A DNA stretch of 64,000 bases from Octopus bimaculoides (lineage: Eukaryota). The notes under the pieces were generated by a model. The model was not told the origin of the DNA. It saw only the letters and a program-made list of their open reading frames with translations, and did no database searches. The stretch covers positions 67,285,221 through 67,349,220 of the forward strand of contig NC_068990.1 in the NCBI RefSeq assembly GCF_001194135.2. Direction: 5' to 3'. Positions 26,713 through 39,235 of the stretch are shown piece after piece (the stretch's first letter is position 1; every line of letters starts with the position of its first letter). Made by a program: the position numbers and the translations under genes.

Positions 26713-28359
26713 GCATAAAAATTAAAATTAAAATAAATCATAGAAGCAAGACACTAAAATAAAACCAAGGGAAAGTGGAAATGAAGGACTTGTGCAGGCT
26801 AAACAACAATAAAAATGTAAAGTTCCTCATCTGCTGCCTGGATATAAAAAAAAAATATAGTTGTTGGGAATATTTGTTAAGAATAGCATAACATTGTATT
26901 GATGGTTTTGGCAGTCGGCTGTGCAAAGTAAAAATGATTGAATGGAGAATTATTCTGTGAAGGATAAAGTCAGATGGGATACAGTGACCAAAATGGAAAA
27001 CAAGATTGAAAATTCTCTTGGAATTTTGACTGCCACATGCATAAATCCATCACTTCCAGAAGGCCTAACATAATTTTTCAGAAAAACATCCAGGAAAACC
27101 ACAAAAGAAAAGTGAGAAATATCAAGCACCAGAGAATAAAATATTACATATATCAGCATCATCATCATTTTAATGTCCCCCTTTCCATGCTTGCATAAGT
27201 CTGAAAAAGATTCGTTGTAGCAGATTTTCTACAGCTGGCTGCTCTTGTTGTTGCCAACTCTTACCTGTTTCCAATTCAGAAAATATTTCCTGTAATCCTT
27301 CGAACACTAACAACAGAATGGCCAAACACTTTTCATCATGGATGATTACAAATAAAACCACAATGCTTTTATGACAATGCTGGTTGTTTACAACTAACTT
27401 GTGATATGCAATGAAAAGACAAANNNNNNNNNNNNNNNNNNNNNNNNNNNNNNNNNNNNNNNNNNNNNNNNNNNNNNNNNNNNNNNNNNNNNNNNNNNNN
27501 NNNNNNNNNNNNNNNNNNNNNNNNNNNNNNNNNNNNNNNNNNNNNNNNNNNNNNNNNNNNNNNNNNNNNNNNNNNNNNNNNNNNNNNNNNNNNNNNNNNN
27601 NNNNNNNNNNNNNNNNNNNNNNNNNNNNNNNNNNNNNNNNNNNNNNNNNNNNNNNNNNNNNNNNNNNNNNNNNNNNNNNNNNNNNNNNNNNNNNNNNNNN
27701 NNNNNNNNNNNNNNNNNNNNNNNNNNNNNNNNNNNNNNNNNNNNNNNNNNNNNNNNNNNNNNNNNNNNNNNNNNNNNNNNNNNNNNNNNNNNNNNNNNNN
27801 NNNNNNNNNNNNNNNNNNNNNNNNNNNNNNNNNNNNNNNNNNNNNNNNNNNNNNNNNNNNNNNNNNNNNNNNNNNNNNNNNNNNNNNNNNNNNNNNNNNN
27901 NNNNNNNNNNNNNNNNNNNNNNNNNNNNNNNNNNNNNNNNNNNNNNNNNNNNNNNNNNNNNNNNNNNNNNNNNNNNNNNNNNNNNNNNNNNNNNNNNNNN
28001 NNNNNNNNNNNNNNNNNNNNNNNNNNNNNNNNNNNNNNNNNNNNNNNNNNNNNNNNNNNNNNNNNNNNNNNNNNNNNNNNNNNNNNNNNNNNNNNNNNNN
28101 NNNNNNNNNNNNNNNNNNNNNNNNNNNNNNNNNNNNNNNNNNNNNNNNNNNNNNNNNNNNNNNNNNNNNNNNNNNNNNNNNNNNNNNNNNNNNNNNNNNN
28201 NNNNNNNNNNNNNNNNNNNNNNNNNNNNNNNNNNNNNNNNNNNNNNNNNNNNNNNNNNNNNNNNNNNNNNNNNNNNNNNNNNNNNNNNNNNNNNNNNNNN
28301 NNNNNNNNNNNNNNNNNNNNNNNNNNNNNNNNNNNNNNNNNNNNNNNNNNNNNNNNNNN

Positions 28360-28410
<51 letters not shown>

Positions 28411-28419
28411 TATATATAT

Positions 28420-28744
28420 TCTTTTACCTGTTTCAATCATTAGTCAGTGGTCATGCTAGAGCACTACCTTTAGTGGAACAAATTGACCCCAGACTTATTC
28501 TTTATAAGCCTTGTACTTATCCTATCGGCCTCTTTTGCTGAACCGCTAAGTTATGAGGATGTAAACACACCAATATCGGTTGTCAAGCAATGATGGGAAG
28601 ACAAACACACACACAAACATATATATATGACAGGCTGCTTTCAGTTTCCATCTACCAAATCCACTCAGAGTGTTTTGGTCAGCCCAAGGCTACAGTAGAA
28701 GACACTTGCCCAAGGTTGGGAAGCAAGCTTTTTTCTACACAGCC

Positions 28745-28746
<2 letters not shown>
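28420..28746 (-). mobile_element. SINE head A + tail A with an internal deletion in the head
   Basis: Reverse of the 2504 and 7203 copies; CCCAAGGTTGGGAAGC joins two normally separated head segments. Confidence 0.82.
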
Positions 28747-28789
<43 letters not shown>

Positions 28790-28793
<4 letters not shown>

Positions 28794-28985
28794 TATCATC
28801 ATCGTTGTAATTTCCACCTTCACATGGGTGAGTCAGAAATTGTTGAGGTATATATTCTACAGCCAGATGCCTTCCCTGTCACTAACCCTCCCCTGTTTCT
28901 AAGTAAGATGGTATTTCACTGTGACTAGACATGTTTTCACAGATTTAGAATGAAGGATACTACTTGCATGACTGAAACATTTCTT
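28790..28985 (-). mobile_element. tail D fragment
   Basis: CATCATC..AATTTCCAC..GATGCCTTCCCTGTCAC..CCTGTTTCTAAGTAAG, as at 45170 and 34809. Confidence 0.65.
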
Positions 28986-29443
28986 TAGAACTTATTTTCT
29001 GTCTTTTACATGTTTCAGCCATTGGACTGTGGCCATCATGCTGGGGTACCACCACCTTGAAGAGTTTAGTCAAACAAAACAATGTCAGCATTGGTCTCTT
29101 AATGCTGGACTGTTAAGTTTCAGGGACATAACAAAAAGAATAACCACCATTTGTCAACCAGTAGTGCTAGGGACAAATACATACACATATATATATATAC
29201 ATATTAATTGCTAGCAAGGAGACAGTATTTCATTTTGAAACTGTAATATACAACCGAGTATATTAAAGGTTGACAAGTCAATATTGTATGTTATTTTTGT
29301 GTTGGCAGTGCAATTTTTCTATTTTTAAGTTTATCTCTACAGATTTCCTCTTGAATAAATATAAGTTACGAAGCATTGTAACTTTCAGTACAGGCTCTGA
29401 ATTCAATAGAAAATCTATAGAGATAAGCTTAAATATACATATG

Positions 29444-29843
29444 CTCTTTTACTCTTTTACTTGTTTCAGTCATTTGACTGTGGCCATGCTGGAGCACCGC
29501 CTTTAGTCGAGCAAATCGACCCCAGGACTTATTCTTTGTAAGCCTAGTACTTATTCTATCAGTCTCTTTGCCGAACCGCTAAGTTATGTGGACGTAAACA
29601 CACCAGCATCGGTTGTCAAGCGATGTTGGAGGGACAAACACAGACACACAAACATATACACACACATATATATACATATATACGACGGGCTTCTTTCAGT
29701 TTCCGTCTACCAAATCCACTCACAAGGCTTTAGTCGGCCCGAGGCTATAGTAGAAGACACTTGCCCAAGGTGCCATGCAATGGGACTGAACCTGGAACCA
29801 TGTGGTTGGTAAGCAAGCTACTTACCACACAGCCACTCCTACG
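29444..29843 (-). mobile_element. young complete SINE head A + tail A
   Basis: Nearly all CpGs intact; possible slipped TSD AAATA(TA)CATA on both flanks. Confidence 0.92.
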
Positions 29844-30149
29844 AAATACATAAACACACACGCATATATATATATATATATACAAGCAAAGCAGCTAGTT
29901 ATGAAATCTCTCTAAGAGAGGAAGGCAGTAACTGAACTGGCAAGTAATGTTTGTCACTACTTCATCATGGCTGTTTTATACGAATGGATGTTACTATGAT
30001 TTTTTAAATCCAAAAGGACCGTTCCTTTAGTTGGTTAACAATGCATCCTGCATCCAATATATTGCAAGCAAGGAAGTGAACCCCTACTACCTTCCAGTGA
30101 CAGGACCAACAGACTAACCTGGTTTCAGGCTATTTATGCCCATCCTCAG

Positions 30150-30565
30150 TGCTGGATACAATTTCCTTCACATTTCCAGGGGTGACACTCGTGCCAGGTC
30201 TTCCAGATCACTCATTATCTTTTGTTCTTCCGCATTTGAAGTGGCTGTGCCACTTAAAACATTGTGTATGGCCCAGTGCCTCATCACTGTAAGCTTACTG
30301 AAGCATACTCAGTGTCTTTGGAGCAGACTTCCCAAGTTTAATGCAAAATTTCACGTTGACTTTTTGTTCCAACTTCCTGTCCATGACAAAATCACAGACT
30401 ACAGTATATACCTGATCACAAAAACACAAATTTCACCACTTGTTAAGTAAACACAGCACACTGCCTCATGAAGGTCACTACGAGCTCTCACTGCACATAC
30501 AACCTTGTGCTGCCATCTGTTGATGCACTACAGAACTAGTCTGGGAAATTTTTGATACCACCTTG
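30150..30565 (-). mobile_element. 5' fragment of an irritans-like mariner
   Basis: Minus strand TA|CAAGGTGGTATCAAAAATTTCCCAGACT; ATG at 30384 reads MDRKLEQKVNVKFCIKLGKSAPKTLSMLQ*AYSDEAL..SGRP. Confidence 0.85.
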
Positions 30566-30684
30566 TAAGTCACTAGCATATTTGTAAGGAGTATTAATCT
30601 TGTGCTGCATTGACTCTTCATCTTCTTACTTGTCTTGTGTATATATGGATGGATGGCTAGGTAACTGTGTGTTATGCATGTATG

Positions 30685-30740
<56 letters not shown>

Positions 30741-31548
30741 TGTGTAAATATACACAAATATATATACGTATCTATACTCCTAGTCTCTCACACATGCACA
30801 AATATCTATATCAATCAATCTATCTGTCTATATATTTATAAATATATATATACACACACACATATATATACGCTTATATATACGCTTATATCAACGGATA
30901 TATATTTATAAGTACATATAAACATAAGTGCGTGCGTGTGTGTATGTGTGCGTACGTGTGTCTGTCTGTGTGTGTGTGTGTGTGTGTACACAAAAAATAA
31001 AAATGTCCTCTGCAAAGCAGCAAATATCTTTGTGTATATTTTCCTGTATGCTTTTTTTCTTTTCAGAATTATAAAAAAGAAGAGTAAAATAAATCACACA
31101 TTCAAAGCAAATAAAATTTCTTAATGAGTTAAATTGTTCAGTGTTTTTTAATTCTGATTTTCAATAAATAAACATGTTTTAAATAAGTATTCACTAATCA
31201 ACTTAACTTGAAAATCCAGAATCATTGCATTCTGAACCTTTATCATGTTGATCAATTTGCTGTTTCTATTGATTTTTGAAGTCATGTTAAACTGACAAAC
31301 CTAATACGCTGTTAAATAAACAACATTATTCATGCTTTTTACCATTCAAATCATCTTGTATGTCATTGAGCAATGTTTTTGGCTCTCTGAAGATCTAAGT
31401 TAGTTATATCATGCCACTTTGATTTGTACCGGATTCTTACTTATTTATACAACAACATCATCATCATCACCATCATCATCACCATCACCATCATCATCAT
31501 TTTAATGTCCACTTTCCCATGCTTGAAAGGGTTGGATGGACTATATTG

Positions 31549-31938
31549 GGAAGGACTTATGTCTGGCAACAGGACTCTGCACCATGCCACACAAGCAGGA
31601 AAACCCATTCATGGCTGTCAGACCACATCACCCCTAACATCTGGCCACCTAACTCCCCCAAACTGCATCCCACTTCATTATCATGTGTGGGGCACAGTCG
31701 GGCAAGAGATCAACAAAACTCCTTGTAACACCAAAGATGAACTGAAGGCAAGGATTATGGTAGCATTCACTAACTTAAACAAGAAGACTGTCCAGAAGAG
31801 TTGCAAGAGATTCTGAAGTCGTCTGGAGGCCATAGTTGAAGCCAATGGCGATTTTGTTGAATAAATTTACTCTTTAATATTTCAAGATTTTTTACGTAAT
31901 TTTGGTAAATATATCTGTTAAAATGAGATGTCAGTGTT
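31549..31938 (+). mobile_element. C-terminal fragment of a DD37D (maT) transposase
   Basis: Reads GRTYVWQQDSAPCHTSRKT..WPPNSP..YHVWG..TKDELKARIM..RLEAIVEANGDFVE*; same family as 42306-42998. Confidence 0.85.
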
Positions 31939-32124
31939 NNNNNNNNNNAACATCATCATCATCACCATCATCATCACCATCACCATCATCATCATTTTAA
32001 TGTCCACTTTCCCATGCTTGAAAGGGTTGGATGGACTATATTGGGAAGGACTTATGTCTGGCAACAGGACTCTGCACCATGCCACACAAGCAGGAAAACC
32101 CATTCATGGCTGTCNNNNNNNNNN

Positions 32125-32155
<31 letters not shown>

Positions 32156-33778
32156 TTTTATCAAAACTATTGTCTTCACTGAACCTATTCTAACCAGTAC
32201 ACTCAGCCTTCACTCCTTCTCACCTTCTGTAAGATCTGTCTTCAACCTATTTTCATTCTGTCAGTAATCAAATTTGTTATTTATCCCATATATCTAAAGT
32301 CTATGACATTGATCCATTTCCAAGGTCACATTGCCTTTTGTAATCATTCTATCCCTTTTGTCATGTTGCTTCCATCAAAAATTGTGCTGCTGCATGGTAA
32401 TTTTGTTGCTCTACATCAGTGGGTAGACCCAGGCAGGTCTGGTGTCATGAAGGAAGGAATCAAAACACCTACAGAGCTGATGAGACATGAACTCTGCAAT
32501 CAGAGATGAAGTACAGCAGTGCCTCTGTATGCAAGTGTTTGTGTTTACCCTAAATTTAAAACCTGTCACAAAATAACTAAATGCCCATTCACTCAATGTC
32601 ATATCACACATCCCTCTTAACATTATCATTCATGCCTCAATCTTTCATGCCTCTCACTTTGTAAAGAGGCTGACAAGTAGGAGACACAAAAGTGATGTTG
32701 TCAGATCTCTTTCGATATGCTGAGGATATGACTATCTGTCTGGTGTTAGTGCCACTAAAAATAGCACCCAGCATACTCTGCACCGTGCAAGGTTATGAAG
32801 ACCTTTCATTTTCTACTTAGTAAGTCTACATAACTAAATAAATGAATGTGGTATCAAAATTGAAACTATGGAATTTGGGCTGAGTAAATCTGCCACTTAC
32901 CCTCTTAAGCATACTATCATTGCTTCATGAGAATCACTTTGCAGAGCTTGCCAATCATTTCCTTCCATGTCAGAAAATAACAGAACTTCTCAGATGAAAT
33001 GAAATTCAATACCTAAGTAGATATTACATGTTATTGAGTTATTGGATATCAAGTTTTAAGTTGCAAATCTACAGCAAGTGTCACATTGTGCATATGTGTA
33101 ATACATATAATTCTACGCATGGTCATTTAGCCAGTGGTCAGTTCTGCACACAAATATAATTCACTATCATCATCATTAATTAACATCCCTCTTCCATGCT
33201 GGCATAGATTGGATGGTTTGACAGGATCCAGTGAGCCGGAGGATTCTACTGAGCTTAAATGTCTGCTTTGGCATGATTTCAATGGCTGAATGAACCCTCA
33301 TAGCACCAAACAGTTTACAGAAGGTACTAGATGCTTTTTTTTTAGCACCAGCATGCATGGAGGTTGCCAAGTTACTTGCAAGACAGAGGAGAAAAAAAGC
33401 CTTTATGCCCGTCATTAAGAGGCTATGGTATGATAGATGGACAGGTACAAGTATCTTGCCATATGCATGCGTATTGGAGATAGCAGAAGCTATTAAAAGA
33501 AATATCATGGATTACGTGTTGGTGATTTGAACAGTTGGTGAATGAATATACAATAAGTCCACGACTACACTAAAACGTCATAACAAAATAAATAAAATTA
33601 CTCATTTCAGACCCTTAAATATAATGCACGAAAACACAAGTTTGATGAAAACAAATCCAGTATTTGATTGGTAATTATTTTATCATTTCCTAAAGGAAGA
33701 TAAAATTAACCTGAGTATATGATTCGAATTTTAAACACCTAATCAACCATTCTAATATTGCCCTACCTATTCTCTTAA

Positions 33779-33951
33779 TCCTTTGGCATTTAAACCAGTT
33801 TCAATTGGCCAAAATAATCTACCTGTCTATATTTTCAAACTGGCCAGATCTGGCCTTTCACACTTATGCCACAATATTATTCTAAAAATATACAACCATA
33901 TCATTGAAATCTCAGAGCTACATGCGACAGAGAAATCTGAATTTTAAAGGG
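33779..33951. mobile_element. piggyBac-like TTAA-flanked MITE
   Basis: TTAA|TCCTTTGGCATTTAAA ... TGAATTTTAAAGGG|TTAA. Confidence 0.65.
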
Positions 33952-34808
33952 TTAAACTGCCATGCATCAGACAATAATTATTACAATTTTTTTGTCAAGT
34001 CCATGTAAGAAACATATAATCTATTGAATTCAATTTATGTCCTTGCTTTTAGATGGCATTAAGAATGGAAAACAATGTTTAAGAATCTTCTTTGTTTGGA
34101 AATATAGCATCATTTGTTTAATTTCACTCACATACACAATACCCACTACATGTCATCCTCTTCTACCATATCGGTCTCTTCTCTACCTTCCTTCTCATTC
34201 CTTTGTTTTCTTCGTCTCTCTCTTTCTCTCTATCTCTGTTTGTCTCTCTTTATCTTTGTTTCAGTCTGTCTGTCTGTCTCTCTTCCTTTAACCTTGGTTG
34301 AGATGACAATTTCTTCGAGCTTAATTGGATTTTTGACAGAAACCTCTAACTCTCTAATGTTTTTCAGTTTAGTTTGCGTGTAAGATTGATTAGTCAACCT
34401 CCTAACCAAACTCATTTCCCATTGGCTCTATTGTTAGACTTCTACAAGTTTCCATTTCCTTTCTCATCTGCGTGGTTATAAAACTTTAAAACAGAACAAA
34501 CTTGTTTATTATGGTTTCATGATTGCAGCAGTTGTGATATTATATCTTTAAGGCACAGTAAATGCAGGTTCTGTATCAAACTCTAACATTAAAATCATCA
34601 ACGAAGTGTTTGGACAACTAATTCATAGTTTGGCTTTATTCTTTCGATATTAAAAAAGTTGATATATATATCCAGGTCCATACTGCTAAGTTCATCTTTA
34701 CAAGCCTTTACACATATGTCACAGTTAATGATTCAGCCAGCAACTGGAGGAAGGTTGGTTATAAGAATTTATCTATCAGCAGGGAAGAGTAGTTAATAGA
34801 TACTAAAC

Positions 34809-35432
34809 CATCATCACCATCCTCATCATCCTCATCATCGTTGTTTTAATTAATGTCTGCTTTTCCACGCTTGCATGGATCAGAAAGAATTTATTGAAGC
34901 AGCTTGCTTATCGGTTGATGCCCTTCATGTCACCAATCCTCACCTGTTTCTAAGCAAGGTAATATTTCTCCATGGTTTAAGGCAGCAAGCTGGCAGAATC
35001 GTTAGCACATCAGGCAAAACAGCTAGTGGCATTTCATCCACATTTATGTTCTGAGTTCAAATTCCATTGAAGTTGACTTTGCCTTTCATCTGCTGAAATT
35101 GCTGGTCTTGTGTCAAAAGGTGAGGTCAATATTTCTCCATGACTAGACGTGATTTTCATAGAAAATTGGAGGTAAATAGCATTGCTTGTGTGATGGTGAT
35201 GCTCATTTACAAATATCACATAGTGTCAAGACAAATGTACATACACCCTTCCCACACACACACACACATGATGGGTTTCTTCCAGTTTCTATCAACCAAA
35301 TCCACTTACAAAACTTTGTTGAACCTAGAAGATACTTGCTCAAGATGCTTACTGCAAAGCAGACTGAATTGAACCCAAGATCTAATGGTTGGCAAGCCAA
35401 GCTTCTCAATCACACAGCTATGCCTGTGCTTC
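34809..35432 (-). mobile_element. SINE head A + (CA)n hinge + tail D ending (GAT)n, with a nested E copy
   Basis: Head at ~35265-35432, tail D at 34809-35240. Confidence 0.72.
34975..35127 (+). mobile_element. internally deleted family E SINE with a 14-bp TSD
   Basis: AAGGCAGCAAGCTGGCAGAA head and GTTCAAATTCC B box; AATATTTCTCCATG at both 34961-34974 and 35128-35141. Confidence 0.8.
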
Positions 35433-35785
35433 ACAAACCACACCTAGACTTATATGTAAATATATAAACTGGAATCTGTATCTAGACATCTCAAGCAATT
35501 TGCAAAGAAACGCTGGTGCTTTGATTTCAATGTGTTAGGTGGATAACAAATACATTTTCATTGATTACAACACAAATCTAACACATGCAACAACCTCAGG
35601 GAACCTAGAACATATTGTACATATTAGTTAGACACTCAAATACACAACAAAATAATATGCAGTAGATTTGAGCTTAAGACCTATAAGTCAATAAATACTG
35701 CTTATGGATAATTTGTTACCTTATAAGAAACCTAGTAATGCAAAACGAGCAGCCTTGTCACACATTGTGTCATATTGATTCTACA

Positions 35786-36228
<443 letters not shown>

Positions 36229-37413
36229 GTCTATCCATGATAACATCCATGTGTGTTTATCCATGATGATGTCTATCCATGTGTGTCCATGTTTCCTTTA
36301 CCCCATTCCTGTCACCGCTTGACAGATGGTGTTAGATTGTTTACTTGGTAGTTTCTGCAAATGAGACTGGTAAAATAAGTACCAGTCTTTATAAAACAAA
36401 ATAAGCATAAATACTGGGATCACTTTGTTTGACTAAAACCCTTCAATGAGGCAGTGTCCTGTCATGGCCACAGTCCAATGACCAAAGCAAATGAAAGATA
36501 AAAGGCTGTGTTGGAAAGGTTGAAGGAGAAAAAGTGCTGGCTTCACTGTTTTTAATTCAGAGTGGTTTGTGTGCGACTTTGAATTTCATTATTGCAGCTT
36601 GTCTATCAGATTTCCACACTATTTGGATAATAAACAGCAAATTAATGTTGTTGTTTCTTTAGAGAAAGTGTTTAGGTTACATGTGGCTTTGTCAAAATTA
36701 CTAGATTTCATCCAATCAGATTCACAGTAATTTTAATGTATTAAAGCAACAATGACTGCATTATCTTTTAATTTTAGTCTGGGGAACATATTTTCATTGT
36801 GTTAGTTTTAATATATATAGAATTACTGTTTACTCTATCAAACTTTATTGGAATTAAGTGAATATGTAAGAAAAAAAAAGGTCTAATGAATATATTTAAA
36901 TAGTTTCAGTAAATGAAAATAAAATCAACTGTATTTCTAAGTGAAATATAAAAATAATAAGTAGATAAATAAATAAAAACTGCTCATTGAAGTAGAGTCA
37001 ACAAAATATTATAGATCAGATAAATGAACATGGAAAACATAATTTGCAGCACTAAATTTTATGACTGTCAAGTGAATACTAAGTAAAGTCTATTTGACAA
37101 ATATATTACTTCAGTTAAGTAATCATGAGTCAACATATTCTAATACTTAATGTTATCTATCATAAATTAGCTAATTTTACTAAATTACTGTAAACAATGA
37201 AGAAAACTACTGTCAAGTAAACTCTTCACAGCTTATACACCAGAATTATCTGTGCTGTACTAAATATCTCATGGTGTCAACACATGACTGATAAAAGACT
37301 TACACCAAGACAGTCCATATATCAGAGAGACTGTATGAAAAAGTGCTGGCTGAGATTTATTGGTTACTACTGGCAGAGTGGAAGTTCTTCTGTGGCAACC
37401 ATCTCATAGTAAA

Positions 37414-37668
37414 CAGAGGTCCTCAATCAGGGTCCATATTGCCCTTGGGAGTCCACATAAGATTTTGTTGTTAAAGTTTATGTGCAACAAATTGGTTATA
37501 CTTCCTCAATACATCAAATATTTTCACAGTTTTTTTCTCATAATTCCTACTATTTAATTATAAAAATATAGTAGGATTTTTTTTAAATATCAAATGTCTA
37601 TGAGGGTTCAACCAAGTAAAATAGGAATCAAAGGAGCCCATAAGGTAAAAAATGGTTGAGAACCACTG
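37414..37668. mobile_element. hAT (Charlie-like) MITE, 255 bp
   Basis: CAGAGGTCCTCAATC ... GGTTGAGAACCACTG ends; homologous to 3967-4392; TSD no longer recognisable. Confidence 0.7.
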
Positions 37669-38009
37669 AAGTAGACCAACAGAAATCTACATTGATCAAT
37701 TGCTAGAAGATACTGGATCCACTTGTCCAAGAACTTAAAAATGGTGTGAATAATAAGGAGGAATGGAAGATGTGTATCAAGAATGTTGCAAAATTCTCAA
37801 ACCACTAATTATCTAACTAATGTAAATTGATGCAAATATTTCAAATAATGTTTCGTTTTCTTTCCTGAGAGGAATTTAACCAAATTATAATAATAAACAT
37901 CACATGTATATGGTAGCTAAATCAGTGTTTGGTTCATTGATTCCTGCATCAGCCAAAATATCTCCAGAAACATAATCATACTAAGAACTTACACAAGAGA
38001 AGTAAAGAC

Positions 38010-38355
38010 TATAGAATACAGTCATACATCAAACGAGTAATGGTGGTGATGGATCCTCCTTTTTTGACACGGGGCGGAATCAGCTGTTTGATCAACTGAA
38101 TTACCTGCTGTTGAATTAACATGTAAGTGGCTGAGTGTTCCACAGGCATATGAACTTTAATATAATTCATAGGTAGAATCAGCATGACACAATGTCTAAC
38201 AAGACTGTATCTTTCGCATTGTGAGTATAATCCACCCGACAGATTTCTGTACAGTTTGTATCCATCTAACTTCACTTAAAAGGTCTGGTGGTGATACAAA
38301 ATGATATTTACCAACGTGTCACTTAATGGGATCAAACCAAAGACCTCATGGCCAA
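38010..38355 (-). mobile_element. family C SINE (degenerate)
   Basis: Minus-strand B-box-like GGTTTGATCCC and core CTCAGCCACTTACATGTTAATT. Confidence 0.5.
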
Positions 38356-38382
38356 ACTGCACCTATGAAAAATAAACATAGG

Positions 38383-38760
38383 TGTAGGCATGTCAGTGTG
38401 ATTAGAAGCTTGCTTCTCAACCACATGGTTCTGGGATCAGTCCCACTGTGTGGCACCTTGGGAAAGTATCTTCTATATGGCCTCAGGCTGACAAAAGACT
38501 TGTGAGTGGATTTGGTAGACGAAAACTGAAAGGAGCTCATTGTATATGTATGTGCATATGTGTGTGTGTGTGTGTGTTTTATGTCTGTGCTTGTCCCTCT
38601 CCACTGCTTGATAACCAGTGTTGGTGTGTTTGTGTTCCCATAACACAGCAGATCAGCAAAAGAGAATGATAGAATAAGTACTCAGATTAATTCATTTAAA
38701 TTAAAATCTTTCAAGGAGTGCCCCAGCATGGCTGCAGTCTAATGACAAAAACAAGCATAA
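38383..38760 (+). mobile_element. older SINE head A + (TG)n + tail A
   Basis: Co-linear with the 7203 copy; CpGs largely decayed. Confidence 0.82.
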
Positions 38761-39143
38761 TGTAAAAAATATAATACATATTTAAATCAAAAGTGACTGC
38801 AAAAATCTAATAAATGTAATGTTTGGAGATATTTAATGAATAAAAACAACATGAAAATTATTTAAAATATTGCAAGAAATGTAATAATTCTTTAACTATT
38901 GTTATATTTGGAATGAGCTATATTTAATAAAGCTCATAGGGATATTCACCAGTTATTGTTTGTCTATATATTACTCCCTTTTTTCAAAAGCAGTTGATGT
39001 TTATATTCCTGCCTAGAATATTTTACACAGTATCAGTGTAGGGAAAAATATTTTGCTGGGGACTGAAACGTTAAGTGTTTCTTATAAAAAAGGAAGTGAA
39101 ATATAAACAAACAACAAATGATAAGTGTGTGACTAACTTTTGT

Positions 39144-39235
39144 GGCCATGAATGATGGCTTGGTATGCATAACTGATGAAGTGCAATGATGCAGAAATGT
39201 ATGCATTCTATGATCCAGTGACATCATTCATGGCC
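39144..39235 (+). ncRNA. candidate degenerate type I hammerhead-like motif closed by a perfect 14-bp stem
   Basis: GGCCATGAATGATG/CATCATTCATGGCC encloses CTGATGA-AG-TGCA-atga-TGCA-GAAA-TGTA. Helix I and II junctions are non-canonical. Confidence 0.25.

Noticed and set aside
31949-32114. Exact 166-bp duplicate of 31454-31619
   Set aside because: It is identical and bounded on both sides by 10-N gaps, most likely a misplaced contig.
34230-34415. Minus ORF MSLVRRLTNQ..EEIVISTK as a first exon
   Set aside because: The donor is weak (GTTAAA), there is no recognisable homology, and the ORF runs into a GA repeat.
39144-39235. Box C/D snoRNA reading of the 14-bp-stem structure
   Set aside because: There is no CTGA box D next to the 3' stem, and the box C-like sequence lies inside the stem.
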